DNA of 64,000 nt from a virus (taxonomy: Duplodnaviria; Caudoviricetes). Of this stretch, positions 15,246 through 23,174 are shown piece by piece; position 1 is the stretch's first letter; each line of letters begins with the position of its first letter. A program made the position numbers and the translations under genes. Under the pieces are notes generated by a model, which was not told the origin of the DNA, did not search any database, and worked only from the letters and a program-made list of their open reading frames with translations. Where the stretch lies: the IMG/VR virus record IMGVR_UViG_3300032011_004028, positions 10,896-74,895 of that record. One strand, given 5' to 3'.

Positions 15246-17660
15246 ATGGAAATAAAAGTAAAAAAAAGAAACGGAAAACTAGAACAATTCGACGTAGAAA
15301 AGATAAATAAATGCGTTTATCGTGCTTGCGCAGGTATTGACGGAAACAACGTGTCAGCCAGCGAGGTCATTCTCGACGCTCAATTACAACTTTACGACAA
15401 AATCACAACTAAGGAGATTGATGAAGCTCTGATTCTGTCAGCTCGCGCTAAGATAGAAAAAGAGCCCAACTACAGCAATGTCGCGTCAGCTTTGGCGGTA
15501 AACGCTCTTTACAAGGAAGTTTTTAGAGAAAGCGTCGACTCCGACACCTTCGACCTGCAATACAAAAAATCTTTTGTTCAAGGTGTCAAGAAGCTAGTAA
15601 AGAACGAGATCTTAAATGAAAAACTTTTAGATTACGACCTTAAGAAACTATCTGAAGCTATTGCGCCAGAAAGAGATAAGAAATTTAAATATCTTGGATT
15701 ACAAATTTTAATAGATAGATATTTCATCCGCACTAATAATAAAATAATTGAATCGCCTCAAGCGTTCTGGATGAGAATAGCAATGGGGTTAGCTTTAAAT
15801 GAAGAAAACAAAGAAGAAAGAGCAATTGAGTTCTACAACCTATTTAGCAATCTGCTATACACTCCTTCCACTCCTACATTATTCAATAGCGGAACTACTC
15901 ACTCACAACTAAGTTCATGTTACCTAAATACATTTGATGACAGCATTGACGGAATATTCGAAGGGGTCTGGCAAGAAGCCAGAAAAAGTAAGTACGCTGG
16001 AGGTCTTGGCTTTGACGTTACTAATTTTCGTGCTTCTGGGGCTTATATCAAAGGCACAAACGGGATTTCTGGAGGCCTTGTGCCATGGCTCAAAATCCTC
16101 AACGACACACTTGTCGCGGTAAACCAAGGCGGAAAAAGGCCCGGAGCTGGATGCGCCTATCTGGAGCCTTGGCATTTAGACTTTGAAGACTTTTTAAACC
16201 TCCGGAGGAACACTGGGGACGAAAGGTTACGTTGCCATGACATGAATACCGCATCATGGGTTCCTGACCTTTTTATGAAAAGGGTTCAAGAAGATGGAGA
16301 TTGGTACATGTTTTGCCCATCAGACTCTAGAGATTTGCATGAAGCTTTCGGCGATTGCTTTACGGCCGTCTATGAACAAATGGTAGATAGAGCTGAAGCA
16401 GGAGAACTTAAAAATTTCCGTAAGGTAAAAGCAAAAGACCTGTGGAAGAAGATGTTGAAAGTTTTATTTGAAACGTCGCATCCTTGGGTGACCTTTAAAG
16501 ACCCCTCTAATATTAGATACAGTAATCAACACCAAGGAACAGTCCACTCAAGTAATCTGTGCACTGAAATTCTTTTGCATACTAAACCGTCCAAATATAA
16601 AGACGGGGAAAAAGTAGAAATAGGAGAAACTGCTGTCTGTAATCTTGGTAGCGTCAATTTGAAAAACCACCTTACTGATGATGGCTTAAATAGGGATTTA
16701 TTAGCGTCTACAATTAAGACTGCTATTAGACTTCTGGATAATGTAATTGATTTAAATTTTTACCCAACCAAGGAAGCCGAAAACGCTAACCTCCAACATC
16801 GACCAATCGGACTAGGTATGATGGCGACTCATGACGTTCTACAAATTCTGGATATACAGTACGATTCAGATAAAGCTGTAAAATTTATTGATGAGCTAAC
16901 TGAATTCTTTTCTTATAACGCGATCCTGTCTTCTAGTGAATTAGCGAAGGAAAGAGGAAGTTATAAAACTTACGCAGGTTCTTTGTGGGAAAAAGGGCAA
17001 TTGCCAATCGATACCTACAATGCCCTCTTAGATTTTAGAAAAAAAACTCCAAAGACACCCGTGCGGGGAAAACTTGATTGGAAAAAAGTAAGAGAACACA
17101 TTTTAAAATATGGAATCAGAAATAGTAACACTATGGCAATTGCTCCTACTGCCACTATTGGTTATATTAACGGTGTGGAGCAGAGCATCGAACCGAACTT
17201 CTCGGTGATGTTCGTGTACGAATGTAAGAGTGGAAACTTTTACGTTGTTAATGAGCAGTTTGTAAACGATATGAAGAAGGAAGGGTTATGGAGCCCTCAA
17301 CTTGCAGAAGCGGTTAAGGAAGTTGACGGTGATGTCATGCTTCTTGATATTCCGGAAAAGTATCGTGAAAAATATAAGACTGCTTTTGATCGCGATATGT
17401 TTAAGCTAATTGAATGTAATGCGGCTCGCCAGAAATGGATTGACCAAGGCATATCTTTTAACCTGTACAACAAGGGGACGAGTCTTAAATACTTGAACGA
17501 TATTTATATGGCCGCGTGGGAAGCCGGATTAAAAACTACCTATTACTTACGTAACAGGGGGGCATCTAAGGTTGAGAAATCAACTAAAAAAGAATATACC
17601 GAAGAAGAACAAATAGCATGCTCTATCGCCAACCCTGAAGCGTGTGAGGCTTGTCAGTAA
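15246..17660 (+). CDS. nrdA: Ribonucleoside-diphosphate reductase class I alpha subunit with N-terminal ATP cone
   Basis: ATP cone VKKRNGKLEQFD, LSSCYL, SSNLCTEI, AVCNLGS, IAPTATI, KTTYYLR, C-terminal CSIANPEACEACQ. Confidence 0.96.
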   Translation: MEIKVKKRNGKLEQFDVEKINKCVYRACAGIDGNNVSASEVILDAQLQLYDKITTKEIDEALILSARAKIEKEPNYSNVASALAVNALYKEVFRESVDSDTFDLQYKKSFVQGVKKLVKNEILNEKLLDYDLKKLSEAIAPERDKKFKYLGLQILIDRYFIRTNNKIIESPQAFWMRIAMGLALNEENKEERAIEFYNLFSNLLYTPSTPTLFNSGTTHSQLSSCYLNTFDDSIDGIFEGVWQEARKSKYAGGLGFDVTNFRASGAYIKGTNGISGGLVPWLKILNDTLVAVNQGGKRPGAGCAYLEPWHLDFEDFLNLRRNTGDERLRCHDMNTASWVPDLFMKRVQEDGDWYMFCPSDSRDLHEAFGDCFTAVYEQMVDRAEAGELKNFRKVKAKDLWKKMLKVLFETSHPWVTFKDPSNIRYSNQHQGTVHSSNLCTEILLHTKPSKYKDGEKVEIGETAVCNLGSVNLKNHLTDDGLNRDLLASTIKTAIRLLDNVIDLNFYPTKEAENANLQHRPIGLGMMATHDVLQILDIQYDSDKAVKFIDELTEFFSYNAILSSSELAKERGSYKTYAGSLWEKGQLPIDTYNALLDFRKKTPKTPVRGKLDWKKVREHILKYGIRNSNTMAIAPTATIGYINGVEQSIEPNFSVMFVYECKSGNFYVVNEQFVNDMKKEGLWSPQLAEAVKEVDGDVMLLDIPEKYREKYKTAFDRDMFKLIECNAARQKWIDQGISFNLYNKGTSLKYLNDIYMAAWEAGLKTTYYLRNRGASKVEKSTKKEYTEEEQIACSIANPEACEACQ

Positions 17661-18427
17661 TGGATTATTCTAAAGTAAATATATTCTACCCGGTTATTGG
17701 TTATACGGGAATGGTTCATTCGGACTATATGATGAGCACTATCGATCTAATGTCCGTGTGCCGACAGCAAGGAGTAAAGATAGGACTGCGCTCTATATGG
17801 TTTGAAAGCTTAATAAGCAGGGCGCGAAACGCCTCGGTAGCTTTTATGCTAAACAAGGACTACTCTCATTTATTATTTATAGATACGGATACCCAGTTTT
17901 CTGCGTTTGACGTAATGAAGCTTATCGATGCGGACCAAGACGTAACAGTGGGGGTTTATCCGAAGAAGTACTTTAATGGCCAAAAAATAGAAGCAATGGC
18001 TTCTACAGGTAAAATGCCCGAACACTGGAGACATTTAGCCACGGATTTTTCGACGGAGATAGAAAATGAAGAGTTAAAGAAAGCTAAAAAGCAAGATATA
18101 GTGCAAGCCAACTACGCAGCCACGGGCTTTATGTTAATAAAACGTGAATGCATAGAAAAAATAATCGCTGCTAAGCCGGAAATAAAATACGTCAATGATA
18201 TTGATGGCTATATGCAAGCTGGGGATAATTTTTATGATATCTTTCGCTGCGAAGTGAACCCCAAAACAAAGAAGTACGAAAGTGAAGATTATGGTTTCTG
18301 CAAGCTGTGGAAATCTTTAGGTGGAGAAATAAATGTCGTGACCGACATAAGTCTAGGTCACAGAGGGTTCAACACTTATATGGGAAATTTAAAACTACAA
18401 TCACATTACTATACGTCAAATGAGTGA
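17660..18427 (+). CDS. GT-A fold glycosyltransferase-like phage protein between nrdA and nrdB
   Basis: SLISRARN, SHLLFIDTDTQF, AATGFMLIKR, ESEDYGFCKLWKSLGG. Start moved to the ATG at 17660 (TAATG overlap with the nrdA stop). Confidence 0.7.
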   Translation: MDYSKVNIFYPVIGYTGMVHSDYMMSTIDLMSVCRQQGVKIGLRSIWFESLISRARNASVAFMLNKDYSHLLFIDTDTQFSAFDVMKLIDADQDVTVGVYPKKYFNGQKIEAMASTGKMPEHWRHLATDFSTEIENEELKKAKKQDIVQANYAATGFMLIKRECIEKIIAAKPEIKYVNDIDGYMQAGDNFYDIFRCEVNPKTKKYESEDYGFCKLWKSLGGEINVVTDISLGHRGFNTYMGNLKLQSHYYTSNE

Positions 18428-19436
18428 CTCAAAGACTGGACAAATACTAGGGAAAGATATAGCTGGGGTTAATTGTATTCTACCCCACAAACACAAAACA
18501 GCTTGGGATTTATTCCTCAAAGGGTGTGCTAACAATTGGATGCCTACAGAGATTTCTATGGCTGAAGATATTAAGCAGTGGAAGAATGGAGACATTACAG
18601 ATGATGAAAAACTTTTGGTTAAACGTTCGCTTGGCTTTTTTGCTGGGAGCGAATCTCTTGTTGGGAATAATCTTTTGCTTAGTGGTTTTCGTTACATTAC
18701 TGATGCTGAGTGTCGCCAGTATATTTTACGACAAGCGTTTGAGGAGAGCCTTCATAACCTTACTATTGTTTATGTTTGCGATTCTTTGGATCTTAAAATA
18801 GATGAAGTTTATCGTGCTTACGAAAACATCCCTTCTATAAAAGCTAAAGATGATTTCTTAATGGAAATTACTACCGACTTGAGCAGAAAGGATTTTAACC
18901 CGCATACTCAAGAAGGAAAAAAGGAAATTTTACGAAATTTTATTACTTACTGGATTGTATGTGAAGGCATATTTTTCTTTAGTGGTTTTGCTATGCTACT
19001 AGCTTTGGGGCGGCAAAATAAAATGCAAGGTATCGCGGATCAGATTAAATATACCCTACGCGACGAAAGCTCCCATATCCAGTTTGGTACCTATGCCATT
19101 AATCAAATTATAGAACAAAATCCTAAGCTTTGGTCCAAGACCTTCCAAGAAGAAATTACGGAGTGGATTAAGAAAGCAGTGGAACTAGAGATAACTTACG
19201 CCAAAGACGTGCTCCCGAGAGGAATCCTTGGACTTAATGCTGATATGTTTGTAGACTATATGCATTATATCGGCAACCGTAGGCTAGAAGGAATCGGGCT
19301 AGACTACCGCTTCCCCAGTGACAAAAATCCCTTCCCTTGGCTTGGTGAAGTCGTTGATGTTCAAGCTATGGGGAACTTTTTTGAGCGCCGAGTGAGGGAA
19401 TATCAACAATCGGGTTCCCTTGAAGACGACTTTTGA
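18420..19436 (+). CDS. nrdB: Ribonucleotide reductase beta subunit, class Ic (R2c, Mn/Fe)-like
   Basis: NNWMPTEI, FFAGSE(78)SLV, QAFEE(109)SLH(112)NLTI(116), CEGIFFFSGF, RDESSH, NFFERRVREY. Glu replaces Asp as first metal ligand and Ile replaces the radical Tyr. Confidence 0.93.
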   Translation: MSDSKTGQILGKDIAGVNCILPHKHKTAWDLFLKGCANNWMPTEISMAEDIKQWKNGDITDDEKLLVKRSLGFFAGSESLVGNNLLLSGFRYITDAECRQYILRQAFEESLHNLTIVYVCDSLDLKIDEVYRAYENIPSIKAKDDFLMEITTDLSRKDFNPHTQEGKKEILRNFITYWIVCEGIFFFSGFAMLLALGRQNKMQGIADQIKYTLRDESSHIQFGTYAINQIIEQNPKLWSKTFQEEITEWIKKAVELEITYAKDVLPRGILGLNADMFVDYMHYIGNRRLEGIGLDYRFPSDKNPFPWLGEVVDVQAMGNFFERRVREYQQSGSLEDDF

Positions 19437-19457
19437 TGTAACATCTTATGAACGACT

Positions 19458-19649
19458 ATGTCACAATCCAAATTCTCCACAGCGGCGTTTATGTTGGGTC
19501 AAATATCTTGCGAAATGATAGCCCTATCTCAGGAACTGAGTCAAAACCGAGGCAAAAAACTCAATGGAGAATTAACTGATTTAGACAAAATAATAAACCG
19601 CGTTGATCGCGTTAAAAAACTAATACTTAAAAAAGATGAACTTATCTGA
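19458..19649 (+). CDS. Hypothetical protein
   Basis: 63-aa helical ORF in the operon. Confidence 0.5.
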   Translation: MSQSKFSTAAFMLGQISCEMIALSQELSQNRGKKLNGELTDLDKIINRVDRVKKLILKKDELI

Positions 19650-19830
19650 ATTTGAAAGGACTAAACCCACGGAAACTTACAAAGCTATCATAAAGGCAAA
19701 GGATAAGTATGAGACTTTACTTAAAGAAACCGTGATTATGGAAGATACAGATGCCGTCCGAGTGGAGATGGCTAGAGTTTTCTTAAGAGATTTAAAAGAA
19801 ATTTTTCTAAAATTCAAATCTGGCAAATAA
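19636..19830 (+). CDS. Hypothetical protein
   Basis: 64-aa helical ORF overlapping the previous gene. Confidence 0.55.
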   Translation: MNLSEFERTKPTETYKAIIKAKDKYETLLKETVIMEDTDAVRVEMARVFLRDLKEIFLKFKSGK

Positions 19831-19834
19831 TATT

Positions 19835-19840
19835 GTGTAA
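19835..19840 (+). promoter_or_regulatory. GTGTAA motif inside a 7-bp inverted repeat, upstream of the DUF2589-like pair
   Basis: ATATTGT-GTA-ACAATAT (19830-19846); ATG at 19849. Confidence 0.6.
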
Positions 19841-19848
19841 CAATATAC

Positions 19849-20463
19849 ATGGCTAGTATAGCAGATCAATTCAAAGGACTCCCTATTGGGACACTCATCG
19901 CGGAACCATTGCTTGGAGCGGCAAAAGCACAGGGTCAACTCGCTCACACGACAGAAAATTTTATAAAAGATATCGGGCTGCAAGACGACGGCAAAGGTAA
20001 TCTTAGCGCACGTACCGTAGAATTTGATTATGATGCCCCAGTTGAATCTAAAGATGCAAAAGGAGCCTTAACGACAACAATCGAAAACCGTAAACTCAAA
20101 GTCCCCCTTCTCTCTATTATACAAACGCCTAACCTAGGTGTTAAAAAAGCCACCGTTGACTTCGACATGGAGGTTAAATCCAGCACTCAGGACACTAGCT
20201 CTGTTGATACTAAAACCGACCTTAGTGTCAAATATGACAACTGGTGGTCTCCTGTTAAAGTAGATTTAACCGCTTCCGTATCCACGAAAAGCGAAAACAT
20301 TCGCAAGACTGATAACTCCGCCAAATATACAGTTCACGTAGAAGCGCGGGATGACGGGGCTCCAGAGGGGCTTATGAAAGTTCTTGACATTCTTGGAGCA
20401 GCTATTCAGCCTGTTCCTGCTGGCGGAGGAAGCAACACTCCCGCCACGCCGCCTAGTAATTAA
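19849..20463 (+). CDS. DUF2589-like protein (paralogue 1)
   Basis: QFKGLPIGTLIAEPLLGAAKAQGQLA...FI..IGL, KLKVPLLSIIQTPNLGVKKATVDFDMEV, YTVHVEA...PEGLMKVLDIL. Confidence 0.7.
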   Translation: MASIADQFKGLPIGTLIAEPLLGAAKAQGQLAHTTENFIKDIGLQDDGKGNLSARTVEFDYDAPVESKDAKGALTTTIENRKLKVPLLSIIQTPNLGVKKATVDFDMEVKSSTQDTSSVDTKTDLSVKYDNWWSPVKVDLTASVSTKSENIRKTDNSAKYTVHVEARDDGAPEGLMKVLDILGAAIQPVPAGGGSNTPATPPSN

Positions 20464-20939
20464 TGGCTGACGATAAACTACCTTATTCAAAATCTGGATC
20501 ATTTAGAGGTGCTCCGGCGCTAAAGACGTTCGATCACCTTATCCAATGTCTCTATAACTCTGTAGTTTATGCTCAACGTTATGTGGAAACTGAGCATTTA
20601 AAGCGGGTTATAGGGACGTATTTTGACGACCACGGACGTCCAGTAACCAAAAAGATAATCTTACCCACTACAGAGGGGGAACAGGAGGTGGAAATACCCA
20701 TCATGACCCTTGCTGGGCACAACCACTTAAAGATAGATAGTTTAGATATGGAGTTTGAAGTGGATTTGGGTCAATTTGAGAACTCAGATAACCATCAAAA
20801 AAGAAGAATGATAGCTATGATAGGGAGAAAAGACCCAAAAAATACCCTCGCTAAAGTTAAGCTTACAATTAAAAACGGCGACACCCCTGAAGGGATAGCT
20901 CGAATAAACGATAAAATTGTAAAAACCATCCCTAGTTAA
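20463..20939 (+). CDS. DUF2589-like protein (paralogue 2)
   Basis: LIQCLYNSVVYAQ, VEIPIMTLAGHNHLKIDSLDMEFEVDL, PEGIARINDKI. Same motif order as paralogue 1; TAATG coupling. Confidence 0.65.
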   Translation: MADDKLPYSKSGSFRGAPALKTFDHLIQCLYNSVVYAQRYVETEHLKRVIGTYFDDHGRPVTKKIILPTTEGEQEVEIPIMTLAGHNHLKIDSLDMEFEVDLGQFENSDNHQKRRMIAMIGRKDPKNTLAKVKLTIKNGDTPEGIARINDKIVKTIPS

Positions 20940-20951
20940 TATAATAAAAAT

Positions 20952-21188
20952 ATGGCCAGTGGTTATTTAAGATTAATGTTGGATTCAGCTCGTCGTTGCG
21001 CCTCGGCTACTCAAGACGCAGCAGAAGATGCTCGAAAAGCCTCGGAAGAAGCTAGGCACGAAGCTCAGGAGATTGATCAAATGGCTCAAGATGCAGCGTC
21101 TAAAGCTGTAGAAGCCAGTGAAAGAGTCAAAGTCCTTGAGGCTAAAGTGCTTAAACATGACAATATGGGCGATGAACCCAACACCTAA
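20952..21188 (+). CDS. Ala/Glu-rich helical small protein
   Basis: 78 aa with repetitive AxxAxE pattern. Confidence 0.55.
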   Translation: MASGYLRLMLDSARRCASATQDAAEDARKASEEARHEAQEIDQMAQDAASKAVEASERVKVLEAKVLKHDNMGDEPNT

Positions 21189-21747
21189 TCTCGTTAACGA
21201 CATCCCAATTACTTGCGATGGGTTTGCCCACGTTAGCTGTATAGTAGAAATCCCGAAAGGGACAAATACCAAATACGAATACAACGAGGAATATAATATT
21301 TTTGAATTAAATAGATGCCTTGTATCATCTTTGCAGTATCCCATCAATTACGGCTTTATAAGCCAAACTTTCGCATTAGATAGGGACCCTCTAGACGTGC
21401 TTATTTTTAACCACGATCCTATAGACAGGGGAAGTTTGGTTAGGTGTAGAGTTTTGGGGGTGTTAGATTTTGTTGACAATGATGAAATAGATTATAAAGT
21501 CATAGCGGTTCCTCACTGGACGCCTAAAAGTCGCTACCCTCGCTTAAACTCTATTGAAGCGGAGCACCTTAAGATATTTAAACAGTTCTTTAGGATTTAC
21601 AAAATAGATCGCTCTGACAGCGTGAAAGTAGGAGAATGGAAGAACGGCCGGGCTGCAAGCAAGGTAGTCTCCGAGGCTCACAATCGGTGGTCTTTAAAAA
21701 AATACGAAGAAACAAGAAAGGAAACGGAAAGACATGGGAATGTTTGA
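21172..21747 (+). CDS. ppa: Family I soluble inorganic pyrophosphatase
   Basis: VEIPKGTNTKYE, YPINYGFI, DRDPLDVL, DYKVIAVP, FFRIYK. Start moved to the ATG at 21172. Confidence 0.9.
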   Translation: MNPTPNLVNDIPITCDGFAHVSCIVEIPKGTNTKYEYNEEYNIFELNRCLVSSLQYPINYGFISQTFALDRDPLDVLIFNHDPIDRGSLVRCRVLGVLDFVDNDEIDYKVIAVPHWTPKSRYPRLNSIEAEHLKIFKQFFRIYKIDRSDSVKVGEWKNGRAASKVVSEAHNRWSLKKYEETRKETERHGNV

Positions 21748-22243
21748 CAATATAAAAGTACCTAAAGCTTATTTAAAAAGCTTATTAACTAAAGAGCAGG
21801 AAAAGTTAGTCGACAGGACTGATTTTCAAACAAAGAGTCTAGATAATTCTCTTTTTGACTATAAAGTATATAAGCAGCATCTTTTCCTAAAGAGTTCAAA
21901 AAAGAACAGTCCTAAAGAAAAGTGGGATAAAGTTTATCATACAGGAGAAGTAACTTTCTACAACCTCCTCAAGGAAGAGGGCGACGTCTCTTATTGGGTT
22001 GTATTCCGCTTTACTTTTGAGCACGGAAAGGTAGATAAAAAAGAACTGATCACTTTGGAACTTCACCAATCACCAAAAAATTCTGACCGCGTAGTCCCAG
22101 AAGAGGAACAAGAATGGCTGTCAGAAAGAGACGCTTTTAATAAGACTTTCAAATATAAATTTTTTTTAAGGCTACTTAGAACTTTTACTCGTATCCACAA
22201 CTGGATAGCCAACAAAACTATCCCTATTCACAAGAAAAAATAA
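21734..22243 (+). CDS. Conserved phage hypothetical protein (MGMFD... family)
   Basis: MGMFDNIKVP...FQTKSLDNSLFDYKV pattern recalled from phage hypotheticals. Confidence 0.6.
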   Translation: MGMFDNIKVPKAYLKSLLTKEQEKLVDRTDFQTKSLDNSLFDYKVYKQHLFLKSSKKNSPKEKWDKVYHTGEVTFYNLLKEEGDVSYWVVFRFTFEHGKVDKKELITLELHQSPKNSDRVVPEEEQEWLSERDAFNKTFKYKFFLRLLRTFTRIHNWIANKTIPIHKKK

Positions 22244-22244
22244 A

Positions 22245-22251
22245 GTGTAAT
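22245..22251 (+). promoter_or_regulatory. GTGTAA motif (candidate late promoter)
   Basis: AAAGTGTAAT right after the stop at 22243; GGAG RBS and ATG at 22282 follow. Confidence 0.55.
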
Positions 22252-22281
22252 AACCCTTGTAAACTAGCAGGAGCTTTAGTT

Positions 22282-22965
22282 ATGAAAAAAATAATTGTAT
22301 TCTTCTTTATAGTAACGGCCGTCGGCGGCCAAAATGAATATAACTCAATTAACGAAAGAAACGCCTTTTCCCTAACCGAAGGAATTCTACCTCCCATCGA
22401 CACAATCCTCGCGCCCCCAAAACCCTCAGCAAAACTTTACTTAACCGGTATAATGAGATACCAAGGACTTACCAACGTCTTCCTCTACTCCAAAGATACT
22501 CCTAAAAGATTCCTCACCCTCAACCACCAACAACGGAGTGACAGCGGGATTCAGCTTCTCAGCGTAAAGAAAGGAACAGTTGAAGTCCTTAATAACGGAG
22601 TGGTGGAAAAACTCTCCTTTGCTACTCATAAAATGCCTACGACTATAGGCCCTGCCCCGGTCTTCAACCGGCCCACCGTGATAAAAAAGAGTGAGAAGGA
22701 CGATAAAAATAAAAATAAAGAGAAAAAAAGTGCCCCTTCTTCTCCGCGACCTTCTGTTATTAAGGTTCCCTCTCGCCAACCCAAGGTAGACCCAAGTATA
22801 ATTCAGAAGAGTCTGGAGTACTTGAGCAAAACAGAAGATAAAGAAAAAAGAGAATACCTCATCCAAAGACTGGAACTGCTTCAAAGTAGCCAAAACAATC
22901 TCGATAGAAAAATTGACACTAATGAAAGACGTCGCCAATACGATGAGCGTCGGCGCGACAAATGA
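22282..22965 (+). CDS. Exported protein, possible GspC-HR/PilP-like domain
   Basis: Signal peptide MKKIIVFFFIVTAVGG, ERNAFSL, Pro-rich linker, beta-rich LYLTGIM...IQLLSVKKGTVEVLNNG...KLSF, then a K/P-rich tail. Confidence 0.45.
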   Translation: MKKIIVFFFIVTAVGGQNEYNSINERNAFSLTEGILPPIDTILAPPKPSAKLYLTGIMRYQGLTNVFLYSKDTPKRFLTLNHQQRSDSGIQLLSVKKGTVEVLNNGVVEKLSFATHKMPTTIGPAPVFNRPTVIKKSEKDDKNKNKEKKSAPSSPRPSVIKVPSRQPKVDPSIIQKSLEYLSKTEDKEKREYLIQRLELLQSSQNNLDRKIDTNERRRQYDERRRDK

Positions 22966-23174
22966 ATATCCCCAAAGAAGGACTAATAGAGTTTGTTAAT
23001 TTTGTTAATGAGTGTTGCGCTGTTATGGAGGATAGTTATGTGGCTGAATGGCTCAATAAGCCTCATCCAGATTTGAACATGGACAGTCCTATGGATCTAG
23101 TTAATGATGAAGCCGGTAGAGAGAAACTTTATCGCCTCCTTTATTTTATTGATATAAACGAAGCTGACCTTTAA
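22962..23174 (+). CDS. Stand-alone Xre/MbcA/ParS antitoxin C-terminal (DUF2384-like) domain
   Basis: AEWLNKPHPDLNMDSPMDLVNDEAGREKLYRLLYFI matches the WLxxPxxxLxxxxPxxLLxxxxGxxxVxxxL pattern. Confidence 0.7.
   Translation: MNIPKEGLIEFVNFVNECCAVMEDSYVAEWLNKPHPDLNMDSPMDLVNDEAGREKLYRLLYFIDINEADL

Noticed and set aside
15246-19436. Intron, intein or homing endonuclease in the nrd genes
   Set aside because: Both subunits are normal length and uninterrupted; the intervening ORF lacks HNH, GIY-YIG and LAGLIDADG motifs.
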